Part shown: positions 1-7,622 of the stretch, one piece after another
Layout: each line of letters begins with the position of its first letter
How positions within the stretch are numbered: position 1 is the first letter of the stretch
Source of the DNA: Oligoflexales bacterium
Lineage (GTDB): Bacteria > Bdellovibrionota_B > Oligoflexia > Oligoflexales > CAIYRB01
Direction: 5' to 3'
DNA length: 11,838 bases
Assembly (NCBI GenBank): GCA_041736175.1
Contig: JBGSUI010000079.1
Location: 1-11,838 of the forward strand
The notes under the pieces: model-generated
The model's input: the letters and a program-made list of their open reading frames with translations, nothing else
Databases searched by the model: none
What the model was told of the DNA's origin: nothing
Translations under genes and position numbers: made by a program

Positions 1-123
1 TCTGGGGGTCAAAACAGTTTAAAATGCTTTCTGGACTCCGCGGGAATATCCCCTACTATCCGAAAGATGGGGAGACTGATTTTAGGTCCAAATCCTAGGA
101 TAGGATTTAGGCTCGTACCCCCC

Positions 124-606
124 CTATTTGGACACCCCACCGTTGGGGTTGACACTGGCAAACTCCGGCGGCGGCGTACCGATATAGAGAGCCATCTCCC
201 CCGTAGCCCTCAAGTCCAAATCATCGATAAACGGGTAACCCAAGTAAGGGTCCTGAATCCTCAGGCCTTCAAGGTAGATTTCCGTAAACCTCGCGTCTTG
301 GCCACGAACCCTGGGGACTGAAAAACCCGAAGCATTGACACGGCCCGTCTCGGGAAGGATCAAACTCGATTCTTTGTCGAGCTGGTGTTTAATATCAAAC
401 CGAGTCTCTTCGGATGGTCTAATCACAACGCTTTGGCCTGCATGCCGTGGACGTAAAATCTCTCGCTGGGGGCCGATGATTTTAATCACCGCCCCCTCCT
501 CCTGGCTAGACTTGCTCCCGTCCCCGTTCCCGCCCCCTTGAGCAAGAAGCGGTGGCGGTGTCGCCAAGTGAAAACAGCCTGCAACGAAAAATCCCAGGAG
601 TTTCAT
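124..606 (-). pseudogene. TonB-dependent receptor (BtuB-like), N-terminal signal peptide + plug domain only; truncated
   Basis: Signal-peptide-like N-terminus (MKLLGFFVAGCFHLATPPPLLAQ) and plug-domain motifs (SVPRVRGQDARFTEIYLEGLRIQDP; DDLDL...MALYIG; terminal NGGV). TAG at 124-126 falls where the barrel should begin. All three minus frames close before position 9. ATGA overlap (603-606) with the upstream gene, in an operon behind a B12 riboswitch. Confidence 0.72.
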
Positions 607-1862
607 GGAAAAAACGTGATTTCAGCAGGCGGCAAGGGCAAGGCGATCGTCCCAGCCGGTGCGGTCACTTGGTCTTTAGGTTGGGGGTTCTTCAGATCAA
701 AGACCGTAAACTGACCGCTGGCATCTGGCTTTTTCTCGCCGACATAGAGCTTTTGGTCCTTTGGGTCATACCCAAGGGCATAGGCTGCGTAGTTGCTGTC
801 GGCGATTTCGTAAAAGGTACGGACTGTCTTAGATTTAGTGTCAAACTCTTGGATTTTGTTTTTAAACCCAGCGGCATCTACGGTCGCCATCGCTGCATAG
901 TAGAGTCCCCCTCGGGATGCGACGACGTTGCCATTGCCTTTTTCCGCTGATGTGGTGCGCTCAAAGACAAGGCTGCTCGTCCTCGCCGCCAGATCCACCT
1001 GCTCAAAGCCAGAGGTGCAGGGGGGAGTGGGTTTATCTAAAATCGTACAAAATCCAGCTATGATTGGTTTTAAGGGATCTTCCGAGCCATCGATGATCTG
1101 AGGATTAAAGATATTGAGTTTAATCCCCTGGATCTTTTCTTTCGCAGGATCTAAATCGATCGGATCTAAAGTCACCCCGTTGTCTTTAAGGATAAAAAGT
1201 TGCTGGGTTCCCGTATAGCCGGAAAAGTCTGCATTGCGGGCCTGGTGGAGCACATAGATTTCATCCTGCTTGTCTTTACTGGCCTGGTAGAGAGCCTCGG
1301 GTCTAAAAGGAGCTGTCCCAGAAGTTCCCGTCCCCAGATCCCAGGCACCGTCGATCTCCTGGTTTAGACTCCCATCGGCAACGTTTACCACCACCAGCTT
1401 TCCTGCACTATAGTGGGCTAGGAGCAGGCGGCCCCCCGGCAAAAGCAGAGCATCATGGGGATCTCCGACGCCGGCTTTGTCGGTCCGGACCTGGGGTGAA
1501 GGAGCACCATCCGCAGCCTTGGGATCGAGGGTCCTGAAATTGGAACTGGTCGTCGATCGGTTAAAGAAAAAGAGTTTCCCGTCTAGACTCTTGGTCCAGG
1601 GGATTCCAGACTCCCCTGTAAGCAGAGGTTTAAGGTCACCCTCGGGCTCGCCATCTTTAAGACTTTGAATATAGAGCTTGGACGATGAGTAGTCGGCTGC
1701 AATCATCGCCACCGCAAATCCACCCCCTAGTGTGGCTAGGTTCGTCTCTTCAGTTGGAGAACCGGATTTAGACCCGCATCCTACCCCAACGAGACTTGCT
1801 AATCCTATTGCTCCGAATACGATAAATCCTCTGCCAAGTCTTTGGCTTACGACATCACTCAT
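603..1862 (-). CDS. Predicted lipoprotein with beta-propeller-like repeats, cobalamin-regulated (candidate BtuG-like corrinoid-binding protein)
   Basis: ATG at 1862 preceded by AAGGGA. N-region (MSDVVSQRLGR), hydrophobic core, LVGVG-C lipobox-like site and S/G linker follow. The body is strand-rich with propeller-type motifs (GDPHDALLLPGGRLLLAHYSAGKLVVVN; ALGYDPKDQKLYVGE). The ORF-track start at 1994 merely reads through the riboswitch. The CDS is well supported; the function is inferred. Confidence 0.8.
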   Translation of the reverse strand: MSDVVSQRLGRGFIVFGAIGLASLVGVGCGSKSGSPTEETNLATLGGGFAVAMIAADYSSSKLYIQSLKDGEPEGDLKPLLTGESGIPWTKSLDGKLFFFNRSTTSSNFRTLDPKAADGAPSPQVRTDKAGVGDPHDALLLPGGRLLLAHYSAGKLVVVNVADGSLNQEIDGAWDLGTGTSGTAPFRPEALYQASKDKQDEIYVLHQARNADFSGYTGTQQLFILKDNGVTLDPIDLDPAKEKIQGIKLNIFNPQIIDGSEDPLKPIIAGFCTILDKPTPPCTSGFEQVDLAARTSSLVFERTTSAEKGNGNVVASRGGLYYAAMATVDAAGFKNKIQEFDTKSKTVRTFYEIADSNYAAYALGYDPKDQKLYVGEKKPDASGQFTVFDLKNPQPKDQVTAPAGTIALPLPPAEITFFP

Positions 1863-1870
1863 CTTTGCTA

Positions 1871-1992
1871 TCCCTTGCTCGAGAGTTGTGAAGGATTTTC
1901 TGGCATTCGGACTGATGGCGACCCTTAGAGGCATCTGCCAAATACCGTTGCGGCACAGTGCTGGATTCCCACCAGCTTCCCCAGAAAAACCC
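1871..1992 (-). promoter_or_regulatory. Cobalamin (B12) riboswitch, compact type, with SD-containing regulatory hairpin
   Basis: Minus strand reads GGGUUUUUCUGG-GGAA-GCUGGUGGGAAUCCAGC-ACUGUGCCGCAACGGUA...AGUCCGAAUGCCAGAAAAUCC. This gives the GGGAA junction, T-loop hairpin, CCGCAACGGUA core and B12-box variant AGUCCGAAUGCC. Closing stem 1981-1991 pairs with 1893-1903. Downstream hairpin CUCU-CGAGCA-AGGG (1872-1885) contains the SD. Confidence 0.9.
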
Positions 1993-2018
1993 ATAAAAAA
2001 CGGCTTAAAAACTATAAC

Positions 2019-2039
2019 TATCAGATATCAGATATCAGA
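2019..2039. repeat. Perfect 7-bp tandem repeat (TATCAGA)x3
   Basis: Read directly at 2019-2025, 2026-2032 and 2033-2039; overlaps the stop codon of the 2028..2465 gene. Confidence 0.85.
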
Positions 2040-2465
2040 CTGTGAAGTGATCTCATCATCAGGATCGCCTTCTGGATCACGTTTGGATTCTGCTGACTTT
2101 TTACTGCCTGTCGAAGCTGGCCGTGGGGCGGGAGCTTCCATCAATTGGGGTTCGTGGTGCCTTGAAAATTCTTGGTCTTTGCCCTCTGGAAACCAGTTGG
2201 TCAAAATCTTAGAAATCTCTCGGCCCTGTTTGGCACTGGAGATATTGAATTTGCTCTGTTGCTTATACATGCCACCGCGTTTTTGATAGCGGCGGATCGA
2301 GACTTTGGGTGCCTCGTATTCATTGGTTTTTTTATTGAGCTCCTGGTAGAGGAACATGATCGTGGTCCAGTTACCCCTGGTCAGGACAATCTTATCCAAC
2401 TGGTGGAGAACATTGCGATCATCTTGGTAAAAGGCAATGGAAATGTCGTCGATATTTTCAGCCAT
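2028..2465 (-). CDS. Hypothetical protein, possible PC4/YdbC-like nucleic-acid-binding fold with disordered acidic tail
   Basis: ATG preceded by GGAG. Compact ~92-aa domain (LDKIVLTRGNWTTIMFLYQE...KVSIRRYQKRGGMYKQQSKFNISS + amphipathic helix ending NWF), then a P/A/S/K linker and D/E-rich end. It resembles a family I recall from delta-proteobacterial genomes; the fold is inference. Confidence 0.8.
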   Translation of the reverse strand: MAENIDDISIAFYQDDRNVLHQLDKIVLTRGNWTTIMFLYQELNKKTNEYEAPKVSIRRYQKRGGMYKQQSKFNISSAKQGREISKILTNWFPEGKDQEFSRHHEPQLMEAPAPRPASTGSKKSAESKRDPEGDPDDEITSQSDI

Positions 2466-2614
2466 ACTCCGATTGAAACCTCTTAAGAATTGTCAGCTCA
2501 GAAAGTAATACCCTTAGAGGGTCTAAGTTTGCCTGATTAGGGAGCAAACAGCTAGAGTCAAATACACGGGGGGACCATAAAAGCTCAAAAGACAAAGGCT
2601 CCAAGAACAGGACC

Positions 2615-2641
2615 AAAAAAAAGCCGCCTCTGTAGGCGGCT
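2615..2641 (-). terminator. Intrinsic terminator of rplM-rpsI
   Basis: Minus strand AGCCGCCT-ACAG-AGGCGGCT running into a T8 tract, starting 6 nt after the rpsI stop. Confidence 0.9.
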
Positions 2642-2647
2642 CTATCT

Positions 2648-3040
2648 TTAACGTTTGGAGTATTGGAATCGCTTCCGTGCTCCAGGCTGCCCAGGCAGCT
2701 TACGCTCTTTCTTACGGGAATCCCTTGTAAGCAGACCGGCCTTTTTCAAGGTCTTTCTCTTTTCAAGATCTTCGTTTGCCAGTGCCCTAGAGATCGCATG
2801 GCGAATCGCCCCGGCTTGGCCGTTGAGTCCACCGCCCATGACGGAGACTCGGATATCGTATTTGCCCATACTTCCTGTGAGTTCGAGGGGCTGCAAGATC
2901 ACCATTTTTGATGTAGCCCGTAGGTAGTACTCATCCAACGTGCGACGGTTGATGATGATTTCGCCTTGACCAGGCTTCATCCAAATTCTGGCAATGGCTG
3001 ATTTGCGCTTGCCAACACAGTGAACATGATTTGCTGCCAT
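2648..3040 (-). CDS. rpsI: 30S ribosomal protein S9
   Basis: [40 protein letters not shown] and C-terminal QYSKR. ATG at 3040 with AAGGA upstream is preferred over TTG 3049. Confidence 0.98.
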   Translation of the reverse strand: MAANHVHCVGKRKSAIARIWMKPGQGEIIINRRTLDEYYLRATSKMVILQPLELTGSMGKYDIRVSVMGGGLNGQAGAIRHAISRALANEDLEKRKTLKKAGLLTRDSRKKERKLPGQPGARKRFQYSKR

Positions 3041-3076
3041 CGTTACCAATCCTTAAAGAAATCAGTCAAAAACGCG

Positions 3077-3514
3077 TTATTTGGTTCGTGGCCCCATAGG
3101 GACCGGTTTTTGTGATGCTTGACCATGCTGGTCATCAGCATACACCCTAAAATTACCCTGCAGCTGCCGACCTAACTTGGTCTTAGGAAGCATGCCCTTG
3201 ATGGCAATCTCAAGCAGTCGCTCGGGGTGCTTTGCCAACAACTCGCCGGCAGGGATGGCTTTAATGCCGCCCATATAACCGGAGTGGTGGTTGTAAAGCT
3301 TGTCGTTCAGCTTGTTGCCCGTCAACCGGACCTTGGCGGCGTTGATCACGATCACGTGATCTCCCGTATCAAGGTGGGGTGTAAAGGTGGGTTTGTCTTT
3401 GCCTCTCAGCACCGCAGCGACTTGGCTCGCAAGGCGACCAAGGGTTTGGTTGGAGGCATCCACGATGACCCATTTTTTCTTAATGTCGGCAGGTTTGATA
3501 CTGTATGTTTTCAT
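3077..3514 (-). CDS. rplM: 50S ribosomal protein L13
   Basis: [36 protein letters not shown] and GMLPK motifs; directly upstream of rpsI. ATG at 3514 (MKTYS) has an AGGA SD. Confidence 0.98.
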   Translation of the reverse strand: MKTYSIKPADIKKKWVIVDASNQTLGRLASQVAAVLRGKDKPTFTPHLDTGDHVIVINAAKVRLTGNKLNDKLYNHHSGYMGGIKAIPAGELLAKHPERLLEIAIKGMLPKTKLGRQLQGNFRVYADDQHGQASQKPVPMGPRTK

Positions 3515-3553
3515 TCTTATTCCTAAACTCAAATCACTCCGTCAGAAGGAGGC

Positions 3554-3583
3554 ACTATATAGGAGGGTTTTAGGACTGGTCAA
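3554..3583 (-). promoter_or_regulatory. sigma70-type promoter for rplM-rpsI
   Basis: TTGACC (3583-3578), 18-nt spacer, TATAGT (3559-3554), about 40 nt upstream of the rplM ATG. Confidence 0.65.
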
Positions 3584-3605
3584 GAGTTGAGTCAACCTAA
3601 AATCG

Positions 3606-5009
3606 CTAAAACTCAATTTTTTGTGGCGTCCGTGGACAAGGGATCACATCACGGATATTGGCCATACCGCTGATATATTGGACCAACCGCTCAAATCCAA
3701 GTCCAAATCCCGCATGGGGTGCCGAGCCAAAACGCCGTAAATCAAGGTACCATTGGAGATCCGCAAGAGGCAGACGGGCTTCGGTAAGCCTTTGCTCAAG
3801 GAGAGGCAGCCGATCTTCCCGCTGGCTACCGCCGATGATTTCTCCAATCCTCGGAACAAGCACATCCATTGCAGCCACTGTTTTGCCGTCATCGTTAAGG
3901 CGCATATAGAAGGCTTTGATCTCTTTTGGATAGTCCGTGACGATAACAGGTCCCTTAATCACCGTATCTGTGAGATAGCGTTCATGCTCGCTTTGGAGAT
4001 CGAGACCCCACTTCACGGGAAATTCAAATTTCGCTTTAGATTGGGTCAGGGTCTCAATGGCATCACTATAAGTCATGCGGACAAAAGGGCTCTCGGCAAG
4101 GACTTCCAGATCTTTAACGGTCATGGATTGGTAGTGTTTGGCAAAAAACTCTAGCTCTGCGGGACAGGTCTTAAGAGCTGCTCGACACATGGACCTGATA
4201 AAATCCTCCGCCAATTGGGCATTGGACTGGAGGTCGGCAAAGGCGACTTCGGGTTCAATCATCCAAAACTCCGCCAAATGGCGGGTGGTGTTGGAGTTTT
4301 CAGCGCGAAAGGTGGGGCCGAATGTATAAACCTGACCTAGGGCCATAGCCATAAATTCGCCTTCAAGCTGACCTGATACCGTCAGGCGAGCCTGTTTACC
4401 AAAAAAATCCTGGGCAAAATCCACCTGGCCTTGGGGCGTTTTCGGGAGAGGTTTGTTGAGGTCAAAGTTAGTGACCGTAAACATCTCTCCAGCCCCTTCG
4501 CAGTCGCTTGCTGTGAGGATCGGCGTATGGACCCAGTAAAATCCGCGAGTTGAAAAGAATTCATGGACCGCATAGGCCAAGTGATGGCGAAGCCTAAACA
4601 CGGCGCCAAAGGTATTCGTCCTAGGTCTCAGATGGCCGATATCTCTCAGAAACTCTAGGGTGTGGCCTTTTTTCTGAAGGGGGTAGGTCTCAGGATCTGC
4701 CTCTCCATACACTATAAGATCCTGGGCTAGGACCTCAAGGGACTGACCTTTGCCCGGCGAGGGCCTGAGGGTCCCCTGGACTTGGATCGCAGCACCGGTC
4801 TGGCATCGACTGAGTAGAGCAAAGGCACTGCTGGAAGGTTCGACGATGATCTGGAGGTTGTCTTGGGATGATCCGTCATTCAAGACTAAAAAGGCGACTG
4901 ATTTAGACTCCCGCTTGCTGCGAACCCAACCAGCGACCGTAATAGCCGTGTCGGTCCCAGAAAAAGTATAAGTCGGAGCTAAAAGGGTCGCGATGGGGAT
5001 ACGAGCCAT
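3606..5009 (-). CDS. asnS: Asparagine--tRNA ligase
   Basis: N-terminal OB fold (VAGWVRSKR...LNDGS), HLRPRTNTFGAVFR, DCEGAGE, LTVSGQLEGE, motif 2 FRAENSNTTRHLAEFWMIEPE, motif 3 GFGLGFERL. Confidence 0.97.
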   Translation of the reverse strand: MARIPIATLLAPTYTFSGTDTAITVAGWVRSKRESKSVAFLVLNDGSSQDNLQIIVEPSSSAFALLSRCQTGAAIQVQGTLRPSPGKGQSLEVLAQDLIVYGEADPETYPLQKKGHTLEFLRDIGHLRPRTNTFGAVFRLRHHLAYAVHEFFSTRGFYWVHTPILTASDCEGAGEMFTVTNFDLNKPLPKTPQGQVDFAQDFFGKQARLTVSGQLEGEFMAMALGQVYTFGPTFRAENSNTTRHLAEFWMIEPEVAFADLQSNAQLAEDFIRSMCRAALKTCPAELEFFAKHYQSMTVKDLEVLAESPFVRMTYSDAIETLTQSKAKFEFPVKWGLDLQSEHERYLTDTVIKGPVIVTDYPKEIKAFYMRLNDDGKTVAAMDVLVPRIGEIIGGSQREDRLPLLEQRLTEARLPLADLQWYLDLRRFGSAPHAGFGLGFERLVQYISGMANIRDVIPCPRTPQKIEF

Positions 5010-5192
5010 AGATCGTCTCTTTCGTCATCTGTTTTGGATGTGGATGGAAGGTCACCCTTCTTAAGACGGATGGAATTTACGCTTTTCGCTAACTGAGGTC
5101 GAGAGTTAATGCGAAAGTCAAAGTTATAGGTGCCAGGGGATGGTTTTTGACCGCGTATAGATCCCTGAAATAAATGATCTAAATAATTTTTC

Positions 5193-5220
5193 TAAATTTT
5201 TTTGCGATATTTTCCGAAGA
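5193..5220 (+). promoter_or_regulatory. Possible sigma28 (FliA)-type promoter of the protease gene
   Basis: TAAA (5193-5196), 16-nt spacer, TCCGAAGA (5213-5220), versus consensus TAAA-N15/16-GCCGATAA; imperfect match. Confidence 0.35.
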
Positions 5221-5279
5221 GATAGGAAGTTGTCAATGCTGTTGTCCATCAGGAATCATTTTCTCAATACGAGGGTCCC

Positions 5280-6410
5280 GTGAATCACTCAATTGTATTT
5301 GCATTTGTTTGCACTTTAGGAATCGCCGTAGCTTGTAACGGATCGCAAATCGGGTCGAGCCCTAACGACTCCGAAGTCAAAATCGTAGGTGGTGAAGCTG
5401 CTCGTAGAGGGGACTTTCCCGCGGTTGTGAAGTTGATCCTCGATCCGGGGACTGAAACAATCCACCCCAAAATCTGCACAGGCATCATCATCAATCACCG
5501 CACTGTGTTAGCCGCAGCACACTGTGTTCAAACCAAAAAAACCGCCCAAAAGGTCTCTTATTCCCGAATTTCGGTCGAAGGGAGTGTCACCCGCGAAAAA
5601 AGAGAGATCACGGCCCAACGAATCGTGACTTTTTCTGATGGGATCAGCCAAGAAAAAATCATGACCCATGCGGTGGTCTTAGATCTAGCGGTTCTCGATT
5701 TTGGAACCAATGCCTTTGCCCTTGCTAAATATCCGAAAATCGGTCGCCGCGCTCCAACTCTAGGAGACCAAGTCACTCTGGTGGGTTTTGGAGCAACAAC
5801 TTTTGATGAAGAGAACGACCAGACGATCGGCGAGCTCAATACCGGCACCAATACCGTCCGCAAATATAATCCTCAGGATGGCTACATCCAACTGACCGGC
5901 ACCCTCCGCGATGATGGTACACCCACAGGAGCCCTCGCCGGTCCTGGTGATTCCGGCGGTCCATTACTTGACTCCGCTGGCAATATCATCGGAATTGGCT
6001 CTGGTTTTAAAGTAGAGGGAAATACGGTCAGTAACTACTATGTCGACTTGACCTCTGAGGAGGCGAAATCCCTGATCGGTCGATACCTCCAGGAATTGGG
6101 TCCAATTCAAGAAGACCTTATACCAGATTTTAAGGCTTCCGGGACCGCAAATTCCACCCCTGTATCACCGCGCTCCAGCGTTGGTTCCACCGAAATCACG
6201 ACCATGTGTGGCGGTGGCAAGCGCAAAAATAAGAAGAAAAAGCGCAGAGACAGAGATCGCAAGTCCAAAGACAGACCGGATGATATCTTTGATGGCGAGG
6301 GCAATGGCGACTTCGACTTCGACTTTGACTTTGATATCGGCGAAGAGGATGACGCCGATGCAGACGTCATCGCAGAGGGAACCATTTCTGTGATTAAATT
6401 CATGCCCTAA
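5280..6410 (+). CDS. S1 (trypsin/chymotrypsin-fold) serine protease, predicted lipoprotein, with low-complexity charged C-terminal tail
   Basis: GTG start after GAGGG; IAVA-C19 lipobox; K-IVGG activation motif; ICTG, AAHC (His), DLAVL (Asp) and GDSGGP (Ser) motifs all intact. Confidence 0.92.
   Translation: MNHSIVFAFVCTLGIAVACNGSQIGSSPNDSEVKIVGGEAARRGDFPAVVKLILDPGTETIHPKICTGIIINHRTVLAAAHCVQTKKTAQKVSYSRISVEGSVTREKREITAQRIVTFSDGISQEKIMTHAVVLDLAVLDFGTNAFALAKYPKIGRRAPTLGDQVTLVGFGATTFDEENDQTIGELNTGTNTVRKYNPQDGYIQLTGTLRDDGTPTGALAGPGDSGGPLLDSAGNIIGIGSGFKVEGNTVSNYYVDLTSEEAKSLIGRYLQELGPIQEDLIPDFKASGTANSTPVSPRSSVGSTEITTMCGGGKRKNKKKKRRDRDRKSKDRPDDIFDGEGNGDFDFDFDFDIGEEDDADADVIAEGTISVIKFMP
6309..6335 (+). 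repeat. 6-bp coding repeat GACTTY x4 (+GAT) encoding DFDFDFDFD
   Basis: GACTTC GACTTC GACTTT GACTTT GAT read directly, in frame in the protease tail. Confidence 0.8.
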
Positions 6411-7620
6411 GGTCACTAAGCTTAGCTGCTTCCAGATGCTTTTTTTCTAGTGACTTAAGGCGACGCCATTCCTCAAAGGGCAAAAACTTGCGTTTTTCGT
6501 CGCTGTTATTGGACGAGTTGTACACTTCGTAGTAGATCGCCAAGGTGTTGCGTGCAACTCGAAACCAGTTAAATTTTTGAACCTGTTGTTTACCAGCGTC
6601 CACCAGCCGCTGAGCTAAGGCTGGGTCGTAGAGGATCTGGGACATGGCCTCGGCGAGTTGTCCCGAGTTATAGGGGCTCACCATAAGGGCAGCCTTTCCA
6701 ACCACTTCGGGGAGGGAGGATGTAAGGGAAGTGACCACTGGGACTCCTGCGGCCATCGCTTCAAGGGGCGGAAGCCCAAACCCTTCATAGAGGCTAGGAT
6801 AGACGAACAATTTGGCCGCCCGGTAATAGCTGCGCAGTTGGTTGTCGTTTACAAAGCCCTTAAAGAGAATATCTTCTTTGTACTTTTTAATCTTAAGTCT
6901 GACTTCGGCAAAAAGCGGGCTTTCGCCGCCAATCAAGATCAATTTTGGGGTCAGGAGAGGATGCTGGGTGCGAAGCATTTCGTAAGCTTCGAGGAGGGTC
7001 CCAATATTTTTACGAGGCTCCAGGGAGCCCACATAAAGGATATAGGGTTCGGTGGGAGTTTGCTCATCTGTTGTCTGATTGTCTTGGAGAAAATGATCGT
7101 CTACAGCCCAGTATATTTGGCTGACCCTATCCGCAGACAGAAAACAATAATGAAGCAGGTCATTGCGGGAGTTGTTGGAATTCGTGATCACCTTAGCTGC
7201 CCGCTGTGCAAGACGAGGGATGACGAGATTGTAGAGCGTCCGAAACGAAAAACTAAACCACTGAGGATTGACTATAAAACAGAGGTCGTGGATATGGATC
7301 ACGGATTTACCGCGATAAAACAGCGGCGCGAGATTTGCTGGAGAATGGAGCAGGTCCACTTGGTATTTCCGTGAGAGTCGCGGTAGAGTCACCTGTTCCC
7401 AGATGTGATTTCGAAAATTTTCTCCTTCCCTGATGCGGGAGGGCACCACCGTGACGTTTGGACTTTGCCAATCAGGATTTGAAACCTGGTCCTCTGAGGT
7501 AAAGAGGAAGTAGTGGTTGCTCTGATCGATGCTGATCAGGGATTTTATAAGATTGTAGGCAGCCCTTTGAACTCCGGTGCGTTTTGCTGCTAGAAATCTG
7601 CCATTGATGCCTATTTTCAT
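6400..7620 (-). CDS. GT4 family glycosyltransferase (MtfB/WbdB-like, probable mannosyltransferase)
   Basis: [10 protein letters not shown]...[19 protein letters not shown] and EX7E motif in [19 protein letters not shown]. Starts 2 nt after the upstream GT4 stop; its 3' end overlaps the protease gene by 11 nt. Confidence 0.93.
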   Translation of the reverse strand: MKIGINGRFLAAKRTGVQRAAYNLIKSLISIDQSNHYFLFTSEDQVSNPDWQSPNVTVVPSRIREGENFRNHIWEQVTLPRLSRKYQVDLLHSPANLAPLFYRGKSVIHIHDLCFIVNPQWFSFSFRTLYNLVIPRLAQRAAKVITNSNNSRNDLLHYCFLSADRVSQIYWAVDDHFLQDNQTTDEQTPTEPYILYVGSLEPRKNIGTLLEAYEMLRTQHPLLTPKLILIGGESPLFAEVRLKIKKYKEDILFKGFVNDNQLRSYYRAAKLFVYPSLYEGFGLPPLEAMAAGVPVVTSLTSSLPEVVGKAALMVSPYNSGQLAEAMSQILYDPALAQRLVDAGKQQVQKFNWFRVARNTLAIYYEVYNSSNNSDEKRKFLPFEEWRRLKSLEKKHLEAAKLSDLRA

Positions 7621-7622
7621 CG

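Noticed and set aside
118..124. G7 tract (minus strand) as a phase-variation switch for the TonB receptor
   Set aside because: The TAG stop uses the first G of the tract, so length changes would not remove it, and all frames close again by position 9.
1863..1994. 44-codon N-terminal extension of the lipoprotein given by the ORF track
   Set aside because: It runs through the riboswitch aptamer; ATG 1862 has an SD and puts the signal peptide at the N-terminus.
3586..3596. Small palindrome GTTGA-G-TCAAC between asnS and the rplM promoter
   Set aside because: Too short for a terminator, no U tract, and plausible by chance.
6658..7374. 238-aa plus-strand ORF and other antisense or nested ORFs in the track (e.g. 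1732..2286, 3753..4154, 8025..8474, 9301..9663)
   Set aside because: They overlap confidently assigned genes on the opposite strand or another frame and show no domain features.
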